Of a stretch of 64,000 nt of DNA, positions 10,003 to 22,866 are shown in pieces (the first letter of the stretch is position 1; each line of letters opens with the position of its first letter). This DNA comes from Chloropicon primus (taxonomy: Eukaryota). The notes under the pieces are model-generated. The model worked only from the letters and a program-made list of their open reading frames with translations, was not told the origin of the DNA and did not search any database. Made by a program: the position numbers and the translations under genes. The stretch is from the NCBI GenBank assembly GCA_023205875.1, contig CP060763.1:310001-374000 (forward strand). Reading direction: 5' to 3'.

Positions 10003-10542
10003 CCCCCCGCCTCCACTCGCGTTATCCTCCACCAATTCGTCGTCAAAGGCGCGCGAGAGCGAGTCGCTCTGAAAAAGGTGAAAACAAAAAGTCTCTGGGG
10101 AAACCAGGCAAATTTTTTTTTGAAAATTCATTTGTGGCTACAATCGATCGATCGTTCCCCTCTTAGAGGAAGGGAGGAAGAAGCGTTGGGCGAGAAGGGC
10201 GCCGGGTGGGTGAGCGGGGAAGGCGGTCGTCCTTTCCAAGCGAAGCGTCGTGTGAAGATCTTTCTTTTAAGCCGTCGCTCGAAGGATTTGGTGCTCTGTG
10301 GAGGATTTGAGAGGATTGACACACCAAGATGGTTCTGTCTGAAGCAAGCGAGTGAGATCAGTTCACGAGGTCAGTTCGTTGGCGGAGGTTTGGCAGAGGA
10401 GTCGTCGTATAGACGATTGAAGTCGTCGTCTCGCGATCTTTCGATTGATCCCTTGGTGGACGGATTTGAGTGGGTGACGGTTACGGAGAAGGGGTTTGAG
10501 TGTTCGTGACGGAGGAGGATGCCTGGCAGGGGGAGGGGAAGG

Positions 10543-13500
10543 ATGGCCAAGACGAGGGCGTTGGCGAGCCTGGCCAAGTCGTCGGATCGAGGAGGGGAGG
10601 CCGGACCTTCGTCGATCTCCTCGGCGGAAGATGCCGAGACCGAGTCGGAGGTGGAGATCGTCGCCGTGAAGGAGGCGAAGAAGAAGAAGAAGCCTGCTGC
10701 CAAGGCCAAGGCCAAGGCCGTGAGCCAGAAGCAGAAGAAGGCGGTCCTGGAGTTCAGCATCGAGGAGGAGACTGGGTGAGTCTGGGTCGAGGTGGGTCGT
10801 GTGGACCGCGATCGTTTGACTGACAAAAGCTTTCTTCCCCCTTTTCTTCTCGCTTCCCTGCTGTTGACCTGGATGAAGGCATTGGATTCCGCTGTACGAG
10901 GACGAGACGATGGCGCCGTACGTGGCCCGGGTGGAGTACGCCAAGTCCGGCCGGGCGACTTGCAGGATGTGCTGCGAGAAGATAGAAAAGGCGTCCGCCA
11001 AGGTGGGGCTGCCGATGAAGTGGCAGGGTGGGAAGAACGCGATGGCAGCGCCTTACGGGTACGGGACGTCCTGGGCGCACGCCAGGTGCGTGCGCGTGAG
11101 GGCTCCTCCGGAGGGACCAAAGGCGGTGGAAAAAATGGTCTACGGGATCGACGCTCTCTCCCCAAAGGACAGGAAGAGCGTGGTCGACGAGATAACGAGG
11201 ACGGATACCCCAGAGAGCCTGAAAGAGCTTCGGCCGGAGGACCTGGAGGCCATTGTGCCTGCGCGAGTGCTCGAGGAGTGCGAACCGCCAGAGGCCCTGA
11301 CTCAGAACCTTCTCCCTTTCCAGAAGGAGGGGCTGGGGTGGATGCTGGACCAGGAAGACAGTGAGGTCAAGGGGGGAATTCTCGCGGATGAGATGGGGAT
11401 GGGGAAGACGATCCAGACGATCGCCCTGCTGCTGGCATCAAAGGAGAGGGACCTTGCCACCGAGGAACAGCAACAGAAGCGGAGGAGGCTGTCGCTGACC
11501 AAGTTGAAATCAAAGTTGAAGTCTAGCAAGAGCGACGGCGAGGCGGGAACTTGCCCGGCCACCTTGATCATAGTCCCCACGAGTGCCCTCATGCAGTGGG
11601 CCGAAGAAATCAAGAACTTCACCAAAGAGGGGTCTCTCACCGCTTTCATCTACTATGGCGACAGGTCTGAGGTGACGAGGGAGGACTTTTACAGCCACGA
11701 CGTCGTCCTTACCACTTATCCTGTGGTCGAGATAGAGTACAGAAAGGTGGTGGACACCCTGAAGGTGAAATGCGAGTACTGCGGGAAGATGCTGCTGCCG
11801 AGGACTCTGTACGTTCACCAGCGCTACTTTTGTGGGCCAGATGCGGTCAAGACGGAGAGGCTGCTGAAAAGGGAGAAGAAGCAGAAGGAAACGAACGAGA
11901 AAGCGATGCAGACGCTGAGGATCAAGTCGAAATACGAAGAGATCACCCCAACAATCACGAACGTGTACAAGGAGCTCATGGAAGAGGCAAATCGAGCTCC
12001 CATCTCGATGTTCAAGAAGGGAGGGGCCTCCACTTCCAAGGCAGCGCAAGCGCAGGAAGATGTGAAGAAGGAAGAGGAGGGGCCTGATTGCATCGATCTG
12101 ACCCAAGACAGTCCTCCCGATAGTCCTGGCAAGGGAGGCAAGAAGAAAGCCAAGACAAAGAAGAAAGGCGAGTCTCCGCTGAAAGCCTGGGAAGCGAATT
12201 TCCAAGATATTGAAGCGCAGGAGCAGCTGAAGGATCAGAGCGAGAGGCTGGTGGAAAACTCGTTGCTGCACGGGGTGCATTGGAAGAGGCTCATTCTGGA
12301 TGAGGCGCACAAGATCAAAGCTAGGACAACAAGCGTGGCAAAATCAATTTACTCCCTCAGGAGCGACAAGAAGTGGTGCTTGACGGGAACGCCGTTGCAG
12401 AACCGGGTCGGGGAGCTCTATTCCTTGCTGAGGTTTCTGGAGCTTGATCCTTACGCCTACTATTTTTGCGGGAAGAAGGGCTGTGACTGCAAATCTTTGC
12501 ACTGGCGCTTCGGACCCAAGCAAAAGGCTTGCGAGTGCTGCGGCCACCCGGGATTTCACCACTTTTCTTACTTCAATCGAACGATTTTGAATCCGATCAC
12601 ACGTTTTGGGTACTTGGGGGAGGGCAAGCGGGCCGTTATAGAGCTGAAGAAGGTGTTGGACAACACTCAGTTGAGACGGACGAAGAAAGGAAGGGCAGAA
12701 GATGTCCGCCTGCCCCCTCTCAACATCGAGGTCCGAGAGATGGTCCTCGACGCGAAAGAGAAGGATTTCTATGAATCTCTGTACAAGGAGACCCAAGTCA
12801 AGTTCGATGCTTACGTCAACAAAGGGACCCTGCTTCACAATTATGCTCACATTTTCGAGCTCCTGTCCCGCCTGAGGCAGGCCGTCAACCACCCTTTCCT
12901 GGTGATTCACGGGAATGAGGAGGAGAAGAAGAAGCTGCAGGACGATGCCGCGGACTCCTCTGCTCCCGGTGACAAGACTTGCGCGCTTTGCGGGATATGT
13001 CAAGAAGAAGTGTCGCATCAAGAGGTCGTCAGCAGCGAGAAGTGCGGCCACGAGTTCCACAGGACTTGCATGATGCAGTATGTCATGGCTTTGCCCCCGG
13101 GGGGGAAGCTCAAGTGCCCCGTGTGCTTCCAGGTGATGACCATAGACTTGTCGGAGACTGAGGAGCACCAGGAGAAAGTAGTTGAGGTGGCTAAGCCAGC
13201 CAAGACCAAGGGGAAGCGGGCCTCGATCCTTTCAAAGATTGATACGAAGTCGTTCGTTACGAGCTCGAAAATCGAGTCTCTCGTTCGCAGCATACAGGAG
13301 ATGCAAAAGGCTGGAAGTGAGCACAAGGGCATCATCTTCAGCCAATACACGCGGATGCTGGACATCTGCGAGTGGAGAATTCAGAAGCTTGGGGTGCGTA
13401 CAGTGAAAATGATCGGCAGCCAGCCGATCGTCCAGCGGAGGGCAATGCTCGAGGCCTTCAAGCACGACGATAGCGTGAAGCTCCTCCTGCTGAGCTTGAA

Positions 13501-13780
13501 GGCAGGCGGTGAAGGTCTGAATCTTCAGGTGGCGTCGCATGTGTTTGTCCTGGAGCCTTGGTGGAACCCTGCCGTCGAGATGCAGGCTATCCAGAGGGCT
13601 CACCGCATCGGGCAAACAAGGCCCGTGAAGGCCGTAAGATTCTTCACCAAGGGCACCATCGAGGAGAGAATGATGCAGCTGCAAGACAAGAAGAAGCTTG
13701 TATTCGAGGGAACCATTGACAACAATTTGGAAAGCCTCACCCGACTGAACACGGAAGACATCCGCTTCCTGTTCAGTTGA
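10543..13780 (+). CDS. RAD16: Rad16/Rad5-like SNF2 helicase-RING E3 with N-terminal PARP-type zinc finger
   Basis: Exons 10543-10775 and 10879-13780 join in frame. Motifs: VEYAKSGRATCRMC..H..C (PARP-type ZnF), GGILADEMGMGKT, LDEAH, LTGTPLQNRVGE, a RING domain, and QAIQRAHRIGQ. Confidence 0.88.
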
Positions 13781-13848
13781 TTCAAGCGGATTCATCGAAA
13801 CACTGAGGGTGACTTGTATGTACTTGTAAATTAAAATGAAGTTTTGTT

Positions 13849-15651
13849 TTACACGATTGGCTGCTTGAAACCGCTTGCCAGGTCCTCGACGTACGCCAAG
13901 GCCTCCTTGGCGTTATCCTTCTCGACCATGATGTCACAGATCCACGAGGGCATCCCGTCTGCAAGGCCGACGACCCTGTCTCCCGCAGCGACGAAGGACT
14001 CCACGCTCTTAACGTTCGGCAACTTTCGAGTTTTCTCGACTTCTGCATCGATCTCCTCCGTGACGACGCCAGACCTGACCGCGTTCACCGAGTACTGCCC
14101 GATGCATGTGATGGGCTTCTCTGGAACGGGGGGGAGGGAAGGAAGGCCCACGGTGGTCATGAGGTGCTCCTCCACAAGATCGACGCCCCAAACATCCAAA
14201 TTCATGCTTCTGACCGGACCGCCCCCCATCCTGCTGTTGACCTCGATCAGCTGCGGGCCATTTGTTGTCGTGTACTTGAGCTCCACATGCATCACGCCGC
14301 ACGTCAAGCCGAGTGCCTTGAGCATCTTCTTGGAGACCTCGATCAGCTCCTCCTGCTTGCTTTCCGGGAGGAGGGAAGGAGTGACGGCCCCCGTCTCGTT
14401 GAACCAGGGCTCCAAAGTGGGCAGATTGTCCGTGACCTTGGCGTAGGTGACCTTTCCATCACTCAAGATGATGTCCACGTCCACCTCGTTGCCATCCAGG
14501 TATTGCTCCATCATCACCTCGGTCACAAGGTCAGAGACTTCGCCACTCTTTGCGGTCCCGTTCGGATCGCTCACCGAGCAGGTCTTGAGGACCTCCGTCA
14601 CCTTCTCGTAAGACTCCAGGAGGTTTTCCGGGGAGGTCACTTTGACCACGCCAAGAGAGGCCGCCCCATTGATGGGCTTGATGACTGCCGGGAATCCGAC
14701 CGTCTGGGCCGCCATGGGCAGGTCCTCCTTGGAGTAAATCATGCAGCTGCTTGGGGTCGGGAGATCGTTGTCCTTGAGGCACTTTCTGGTCGCGTGCTTG
14801 TCCCTGGCGCACTCGATCGCTTTGGAGGGGTTCCCGGGGAGGCCGAGAGCCTCCGTGAGCCTCGCGACCAGGGGCACCGCGATCTCGTAAAAGGTGCAGA
14901 TGCCGTCGATGCCCCCCACCTCCTTGTCAACCTCCCTCACAATCTTCAGGGCTTCTTGGTAAACCGCGGGAGGGTTGCTCATGTCGAGGGGGACGTACTT
15001 CTCGATCACCCCGTCATCCAGCAGGGTCTGAGACCAGGAGTCGGGGCCGTCCACCATAACGAGGCGGACCCCGAGCTTCTTGGCCCTCTCGTAGATGAAC
15101 CGCTTGCCGCTGTAGCCGGCGCACATCACGATAACGACCGCGCCGGAGAGGAGCTGCCTCCTGAGCTCCTGCCCCTCCGTCGTTGCGGAGTTGATCTGCT
15201 TCTTGTACTTGTTCACCTTCCTTACCAGCTCGAACGTCGGGGTTTGCTTGGACTCCCTGATGTTCCTCTCCCTCTCCGCCGGCGAGAGGGGCCTGGGCAG
15301 GGCCTGGAGGACCTCTTCGGTCAGGAAGTTGCTCTTCAGGCTGCCCGGCGAGGGGGCCACCGTCGGGGTGTACGAAAAGGTCCCGGGTCCCAAGGACGAC
15401 GAGAACACCGCGTCCTCGATAGACTTGGGCGCAAACTCGACCGGATCCCTCGTCGACTTGACCGTCGTCGCGTAATCCACCAGAGGGTTACCGGCTTTGG
15501 AGTAGCCCATCGGCGTATCGGGCGCGGCGTCGTCCACCTCGTCGAACTGAAAGGTATTGCGCCTCTCCAGGGTGACCCCTTTCATCGCGGACGTGATCCC
15601 TCCCGCCTCCTTGGCGGCGTCCTTCGCCTTCTTGATGTTCAGCGACAGCAT
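13849..15651 (-). CDS. ATP-grasp ligase, carnosine synthase/L-amino acid ligase-like
   Basis: Motifs RDKHATR, GFPAVIKP.NGAASLGV, EQYLDG.EVDVD, HVELKY and LIEVNSRMGG. Confidence 0.85.
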   Translation of the reverse strand: MLSLNIKKAKDAAKEAGGITSAMKGVTLERRNTFQFDEVDDAAPDTPMGYSKAGNPLVDYATTVKSTRDPVEFAPKSIEDAVFSSSLGPGTFSYTPTVAPSPGSLKSNFLTEEVLQALPRPLSPAERERNIRESKQTPTFELVRKVNKYKKQINSATTEGQELRRQLLSGAVVIVMCAGYSGKRFIYERAKKLGVRLVMVDGPDSWSQTLLDDGVIEKYVPLDMSNPPAVYQEALKIVREVDKEVGGIDGICTFYEIAVPLVARLTEALGLPGNPSKAIECARDKHATRKCLKDNDLPTPSSCMIYSKEDLPMAAQTVGFPAVIKPINGAASLGVVKVTSPENLLESYEKVTEVLKTCSVSDPNGTAKSGEVSDLVTEVMMEQYLDGNEVDVDIILSDGKVTYAKVTDNLPTLEPWFNETGAVTPSLLPESKQEELIEVSKKMLKALGLTCGVMHVELKYTTTNGPQLIEVNSRMGGGPVRSMNLDVWGVDLVEEHLMTTVGLPSLPPVPEKPITCIGQYSVNAVRSGVVTEEIDAEVEKTRKLPNVKSVESFVAAGDRVVGLADGMPSWICDIMVEKDNAKEALAYVEDLASGFKQPIV

Positions 15652-16280
15652 CTCTCTCTGTTCTCTCTCTTGTCAAGGACAAACGAAAGCTTTTCTTTTC
15701 TTTTCGCGCAAAGCTCGATCCTCTCCCGTGGCAAGCAAGCGGCTCCGGCGTTTGGGAAACTCCCGTCCGCACCTCGATCGCGCTCGCCCCTGCCTTCCTT
15801 CTCCTTTCTCCTTGTGCTCCTCCGCCGCCCCGTGCGTTACGTCCGTTACGTCAGTTCAAGAGTCACGAGTCACGCATGCTGCTTCTCTTGTATGAAAGAA
15901 AAGACAGCGAAGGGAGGGAGGGAGTGAATGGTGGAGGGAGCAGGGGGCGACAGGAAGGGTTCCCGCCGTCCAAGGTAGGAGTCCATGGAAACACGCAAAT
16001 TCCTTCTTCCCTTTTGTTTTTCCTTCAACGCGCCGTGCCTTGGCTTGGCCCTCGGTGGTTGACCCCAACCATCCTTTGTTCCGTAGCGCAGGCCTTCTCT
16101 CGCTCGCTGCGGTGGCACTGAAACCTACAAAGCTTATACAATAAATGGTGTTTTGGGGGGGGGGGATACTTTTACACGAGCCGCGAGCAGGTTCCATACC
16201 CGCTTGGGGTGCCTCCGCGTCCAAGACAATTCCCTCCTATCTCTGTCTCTGTCTCTTTGTCTCTAAAACTGCTGCTGCAG

Positions 16281-16981
16281 TTACGCGGGCTTGAAAGGTA
16301 TGCTGGTGAAGCTGTCGTCCCAACGCTTGAAGGCCGGGTGGTAAGCAAAGTCCTTGATCAGCAGCTTGATTCCCTGGGCGTGCTTCTCCTTGGCCTCACT
16401 GTACAAGCTCGAAATCTCGTTCACCAGGGTCTTGTACTTCTTCGCAAAGGGACCAATGTCATCGTGAAAGGATTTCTGTGGATGGAACATATCCATGCAT
16501 CCAGTAGGTAGGAAAAAGAAGAAGAGTCAAAGTCAGAGCCGAAACGTAACTCCATCATTCTCCATCATCATCTATCTCATGGACGATGTGGATGTATTTC
16601 GATTGACGTACCACAAAGGCTTTGTTCTCCTCGATGCGTTTCTGCAAGTCTGCCTTCCTGCGACGAAGCCTGTCCAGACTTATCTTGTACTCGTGGATGC
16701 CCATCTCGTCCATCTTCACGTCTGTCGCGTGTTGAGGAGGAAAGTGAAAGTGAAAGTGAATGCGTACCGGAGGAAAGAAGCTTCACGTTAAATCACAAGT
16801 CCTGCTGAGGCAAGGAAGCGTCCTGTTTGTGTCACTTACCCGAGTCAACCTCTTTGAGCTTCCTCTGGAAGTTGTCCACCATGCCGGTGATACCATTGGA
16901 AGTACGCAGGATGAGAGCGGAGCTTCCAATGTTGTCGATCTTCGTGTCGGTCTTCGCCTTCCCCTTCTTCGTCGTCGTCAT
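16281..16981 (-). CDS. Small coiled-coil protein (3 exons), possibly flagellum-associated
   Basis: Exons 16981-16840, 16721-16612 and 16475-16281 join in frame with canonical GT-AG. C-terminus IGPFAKKY..AKEKHAQGIKLL.KDFAYHPAFKR. The functional call is weak. Confidence 0.7.
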
Positions 16982-16990
16982 CGTGTCACA

Positions 16991-17038
<48 letters not shown>

Positions 17039-17359
17039 GTGTGTGTGTTCTGTCGTAAACCAGCAGCTGGTCAAAATCAAGTTTGTCCGTTTGGGTCCTC
17101 TCCAAGACAACCAGGAGGAGGAGGGGAATGGTGGTGGTGACGGAGGCAAAGGGGGGGAGGGGAGTCACACGGGGGAGAAGGATGGTCCCTTCTTCCTCTG
17201 GATCTTGCTCCTTCCAAAATGTGCTCACAAGGAAGTCCAAAGCTGAGGACGAGAGGGGACGATGATTGATGATGTGGGTGGATTTGGATTACTCTAGATA
17301 TAGTATTATAGCGGGGGGGGGGGGGGGGGCAGGGGGGCAGGATCGATCGCCCGCGTCGC

Positions 17360-20300
17360 CTAGTGCTTGACACCTCCCCTCGAGCCGTACCTGCCAACGT
17401 CCAAGACGCACTTGATGTTGACGGAAGCCAGCTCGGTGACGAGGTACTTGAAGACGTAAGGCAGCGCCAGCTTCTTGATCTCAGCATCGTTGCCGCAAAG
17501 CAGGCAAGAGTACATCTCCTGGTTGTCGCCGGTGCTCCTGTATCCCATCATGCCCGTCGACACGATGGGTTTCCTCGTCGTCGTGACGAGCTGGCCGCAC
17601 TTGAGGCAAACATCCCCAATAAAGTAATCAGAGGAAAGGTGGAGCCTGTCGTAGGTCAAGTACGAGCATCCGTGAGCGATGAGAGCGTCACGTTCCATCT
17701 CTCCGAAACGGATTCCACCCCCCACTTTCCTTCCCTTGACTGGCTGCTTGGTCTGAGAATTGATTGGGCCCGTTGACCTCACCTGGAACTTGTCAGAAAC
17801 CATATGCCTCAGCCTCTGATAGTACACGATCCCGATGTAAATCTCGGCCTCCATCTCCTCGCCCGTGATGCCACTGATCAGCTTTTCCGTGCCGTTCTTG
17901 TGGAAGCCGCAACCGAGGAGCTCCTCGCCAAAGCCCTTGATGAGATCCTTGTTGCTTCCCCGAGCCGTGGCGAATGGGGTGGCATCCTTGAACTCCCCGC
18001 GGAGAGCCCCGGCCTTCGACGCCAAGCTCTCCAGGATCATGCCGATGGTCATTCTCGAAGGAAAGCCGTGGGGGTTGAAGATAATGTCCGGCCGGATCCC
18101 CGTCGTCTCGCACCACGGCATGTCGATGTCCCTGTACAGGTAACTCAGAATACCTTTCTGACCGGCGCGACTTGCAAACTTGTCTCCAATGACCGGGTTA
18201 CGGTTGTACCGCATCTTCAGGTTGACCTTGTCGATGCCCTTGGAGCCCCCCCCAATGACGGCAACCTGGTCGACCACGGCTACCTCCTCCCCCTTCAGCA
18301 AGTTCTTTTGGCTTCTTTTGTTCGAGTTGTTGATGATGCTGTACTGGTTCTGGCCTGGCCATATGGTGGCCCCGACATGGGGCAAGCCATCCACATCGAT
18401 TCTGTCCATGTCCTTGTAATCTCCAGGGCTTGGCCTCTCTGGCTGCCCTTGGTCCTCGCCCTCGTCATTCTCTCCCGCCTCGCGAAGCCCCCCTGGGGGC
18501 ACCATTCTCGGGAAGGAGTCCCCGAATCCGTTCCTGGGCGGTTTCCGCCTCGTCCGGTCGACGCCCCGGGTCTTCTCGACTCCAAAGGAAGCCGACTTCT
18601 TGTCCACCTCGATGACGCTGCTCTTGTACATCGTCCCGTGCGCAAAACCCCTCTCCATCGAGGACTTGTTGATAATCATGGCATCCTCCATGTCATAGCC
18701 GGTGTACGACAGCACCGCCACAATCGCGTTTGTTCCCGAAGCATACTCATCGATCTCGTAATCCGAGTACGCCTTGGTCTGAACCAAAGGAGTCTGCGGG
18801 GTGTTCAGCCTGTACAGCTTGTTGTCGAATCTGTAGGGATGGGACAGGAGCGGGGTACCCATGGTCTGCTTCGCCATTTGGCACTGATACATGTTTCTTG
18901 GACTCTGATTGAAGTCAGACCAAGGGGTCAGGGACGCTACTATGCTCAGCATCGCGGAAGGCGACGTCTCCGAGTGAGTGTACATGGAGTCCAGAGCATC
19001 GAAGTCCACCCCCTCGTCCGTTAGGGGGGCGTACTTGTCTGGGCAATGGACGTTGAGGAAGGTTTGCTCGAGCGAGCCAATCATTTCCATCCCAAACACG
19101 AATCTCTCCGAGGGCTTCGACTTCTGACTCGGCCTCTCGTCCAGCAGATGTACCTCTCTCATCATCCTCGCCGAGGACGTGAAGACGTAAATGCCAGGGT
19201 ACTTCTCCCCCTTTCTGTATGGAATGTGGGCTATCTCCAAAAGAGTGTCAAGGCCCTGCTCGTCGACGCTTGGCATGAACTCCTCGTCGCCTGATACCTC
19301 GAGCTTCGTCAGCCTCCTGCTCTTCCACCGCCTGACCTCTGCCACGAACGCTATCGCATTCTCGTTCCTGACGTGGCCCACCAGCCTGCCATCCAGCAGC
19401 ACTGGAACGTACTTGGAAATCGGAGGAACCTTCAGGCCCTCCGAGGCCGCGTTGAGACCGAATTCAACGAGCATTCGGAAGACGCTCTGAAAGTACCTTC
19501 GTTGGTCCTCGGGCTCGCTCGTAGTGATCTTGCACTTCGCGGCCAGGTGGTTCAGCAGCCCGCATGGCGCCCCATCCGGCGTATGCACTGGGCAGAGGAA
19601 CCCCCAAGACTCCGGCAGCAGTTTCCTCACTTTCGTCGTCTGCAGCGTGGCGTAGTAGGCACCTCTGTGCACGGCCCTAAAGTGAGAAATGTATCTGAAG
19701 TAATTCAGCTTCTCTGCCACGATGGTGAACCCGCTGGACTGGCTGATCTCTATGCTTCTCGACACAAGGTTTCCTGTGTTCAGGAAGTACTCCATCTTGG
19801 GGCCAATCTTGTTCGTCAAGAGCTTCTCTATCTTGTTGTGAAAATAACTTTCATCGTCGTACTTCACCTTGTCGGGCGTGTACCTGAGATCGGCCTCCAC
19901 GGAAGACTTCATGCTCTTCAGGAAAGACTCGAACTGGTCCCTGATCACGTTGGCCATGATGTGCCCGGGGAGGAGAACCTCGTGGTGAGCCAGGGCGTCC
20001 GGGTTGTCCTCCTGGCAAGTCCCGCACACGAAGGCGAAGAGCTTTTGGATCATGAAGACGAGGACCTGAGCCTTCTCCGAGTCGTCCGTGCAGTGAACGA
20101 AAAGGTACCTTCTCAGCAGAGTGGACCCCACCTTGTAGTTCGACCACGAGTTCGGGGCGTCCACCACCGTCCTGAAGTTCTTCCCGAGGTACTCGACGCA
20201 ATCCCTGCTCGTCTTCAAGCTGTGGTCCTCCAGCTTTCTGAGCAGAAGCTCGCACCGGGCGGAGTAAAAGGACTCCGTCCCCCCCACAGCCGCGGAGCAG

Positions 20301-20861
20301 ATGCTCTCGAAGAGCACCCTGTCGCTCGTGCCCCACAGCGCCTTGAGGATCAGTCCAGCAGGGATCAGGTACTCCTCCCGGTTGACGGAGAACGCCAGGT
20401 TGACCTCCCCGTTCTCGAGGTAGAACAGCCTGACCGTGGTCGCGGACTGGTCCGGTCTGCAGCACCTGATGAAGACGCCATAGTCGGTGTACCTGGCCCC
20501 CCTCTTCTTGAACGCCCCTCTCCTGATCGCCATGACGTAATTCCTCCGCTGCATCAGGATCAGCCTCACGATCCTTTCGTTTCCGTTGCATATGAAGTAC
20601 CCCCCAAACTCATATGGCTCCTCTCCCGTGCTAATCAGGCTCCTCTGCGTGAGGCCCCTCAAGTGACACAGCTTGCTCTTCACCATGATGGGCATCCGGC
20701 CGAGGTACTGCCTGTACCGCTGCGTCACGCCGCCATCCACCTGACACATGACCTGTTGGAACGCGAAGCAATCAATCCATGCGGAAGAGCCGGTCCGTCA
20801 GTAAAGCGACGAGGGAGGACGAGGCTCCACTCCATTTGGAGCATGCATAAAAACGAGCAAG

Positions 20862-20912
<51 letters not shown>

Positions 20913-21370
20913 TCGAGGGATGAAGAAAGAGAGAGAGGAGGGGGCTCTGGTGCGTCACTCCATCGATGTGGACTCGGCTTGGATTCCCTCGTGATCGCCT
21001 CACTTACGTCAATGTACATGTCGCCTCCATAGGTGCTCCCTCCCACCCTGCAGTCTTTTGGAAACTCTCTGAGTTCGACTCTCGTGGAGAGTTTGTTTTG
21101 AAACCTCCTGTCGTTGGCCACCGCCCTCCAGCACGGCGTGGAGACCTCCGGAGCCTCAAGCCAGAACGAAACTTTCCTGTCATTGACGTTGTCATCCAAC
21201 TCGACAGCATCCAGACCCTGGACAACCTTTTCGAGTCCTGCAGTCACCAGCCAGTCAAATGATTCGATATGAGGGTCCGCAAGATGCCTGACGTTCTTCG
21301 GTGGAGGCAAGCTCTTTCCCCACCACTCAGGGTTCCACATGAGCTTCCCTTCTCCCCTGGAGTCATTCAT
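17360..21370 (-). CDS. RPA2: DNA-directed RNA polymerase I second-largest subunit
   Basis: Exons 21370-21008 and 20752-17360 (intron 20753-21007). Motifs HIESFD, FLCPVHTPDG.PCGLLNHL, NQSPRNMYQCQM.KQ, YDMEDA, GDKFASR.GQKG and RFGEMERD. Confidence 0.97.
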
Positions 21371-21794
21371 GTTGCCGCTCCTTGGGCCGCTCCTCTCTCC
21401 GGCTCCTCTCTCTCCTCCTCCCCGAGGTCCGCCCCGCCGTCACTGCGGCCGAAGCGGAGACCGTGCAGCAGGAGGGCGAGGAGGAGAGGGAGGAGAGGGA
21501 GGAGAGGGAGAGGGAGGAGAGGGAGGCACAGTCACGGGACATTAGACCTCGCGAGCTTTTCATCGGCCACCCCTTACTTGCCCGCACGGAGCACCCAAAT
21601 TGGAGCTTTTCATCGCGAGATAAAAAAAGAGGGAAAGGGATTTCTTTTGGGGGGGGTTCGTAGCATTGTATGGCAGATGGCGCGGCGACGGGCGTCAATG
21701 GAGATGATCTGCACGAGTCCCTTCTCGTCCTCGGTCTCCTCGGTCTGATCCCTGGACCGAAAATGTTCCTTTCCTTCGACCTTGCGTTGTGAAC

Positions 21795-21852
<58 letters not shown>

Positions 21853-21853
<1 letters not shown>

Positions 21854-22866
21854 TGGATGCTCTGGGTGCTCGGGATCGCAGGTGTGTGCCGGGACCGGGG
21901 CGGGGTGGCTTGCCGCGTCGTGGCCGGCGATGCGTGCGTGTACCTCGCCTCCGCCGCCTCCGGCCATGCTGCCAACTCGACGACGACGTCGCTGTGTTCG
22001 GCACCTCTGGGTACGTGCTCGACGTGGCCAAGGACAAGGCCAAGATTCTGGCGGGCTTTGGCACGGGAGATCCCTTCTTCGACCCTCGTGCCCCTGCCGC
22101 CGCGTCCGATGCCGAGGAGGGGAGGGGTGAGTCGACAAGGGATTCGATTGGATGCGACAGGGGTGGCCTGCTGAGCACCAGGTACGTGGACGACTCCCTC
22201 CTGAAGGCGCAGGAGAGTTTCCCTTTCATCAAGCAAGTGGTGCTCTTCGGTTGCAACCTGGACACCCGGCCCTATCGCTTGCAGGTCGCCTCGGGGATCA
22301 TCTTCTTCGACGTGGCGCCGGAGATCTTCCAGGCGCACAAGAAAGCCAAGCTGCGGGGGGAGAAGGTGCGGCCGGGGTGCCTCCATGTGCAAGTTCAGGT
22401 TCCGAGCCAGGCGAGCTTCGAGGATATCGAAAAACTGCTGGCCAGGCGAGCGTTTCAGGGGAGCAAGCCCAGCATGTGGACCTTGGAAAATATGGAGCGC
22501 TACTGCTCGAACTTTTCTCAAGTGGAGAACGTGCTCGTCCACGTGTCCAGGGCCATGGCGTACGACAGCGTTTTGGTCGGGACTTTGAGGCTGCCCGGCG
22601 ACGTTGTGGGGGGCGACCAAATCAAGGACGTGCTCGCGGCGTGCAACCTGAAAGGGGAGTGCTTCCGCCTGAGGGACTTTGCGGCGGCCTTGCACCGTTC
22701 CGATCCTCGGGCCCTGGCAGAGGGCGGGGACCGAGGGGAAGGCATGGAGGGCTGGCTGTTCTACGGGAGTCAAGTGAGCCGCTCGGCGGCAGAAAGGGAA
22801 ATCTATAAGCAGTGGACGGACCTCGCCGAGGAAATCGACGAGGACTACTTTGACAACTTTAGATGA
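21853..22866 (+). CDS. LCM-family SAM-dependent methyltransferase-like protein
   Basis: Motifs FFDP.A, TRYVDD and QVVLFGCNLDTRPYRL. Transit-peptide-like N-terminus. Confidence 0.75.

Noticed and set aside
14164..15927. Long antisense or alternative-frame ORFs (also 1008-2273, 4325-5911, 19373-20923, 24703-26451, 54838-56175, 61436-62725)
   Set aside because: They shadow well-supported genes, which is expected from high GC3 codon bias, and carry no recognisable motifs.
16992..17032. (CT)n/(GA)n microsatellites at many 5' UTRs and introns (e.g. 20868, 21796, 45035, 45515, 54531)
   Set aside because: Common simple repeats of plant and algal 5' regions, with nothing locus-specific.
21382..21663. 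93-aa ORF with EEREER repeats
   Set aside because: TTG start, produced by a GA-rich microsatellite in the RPA2 5' region.
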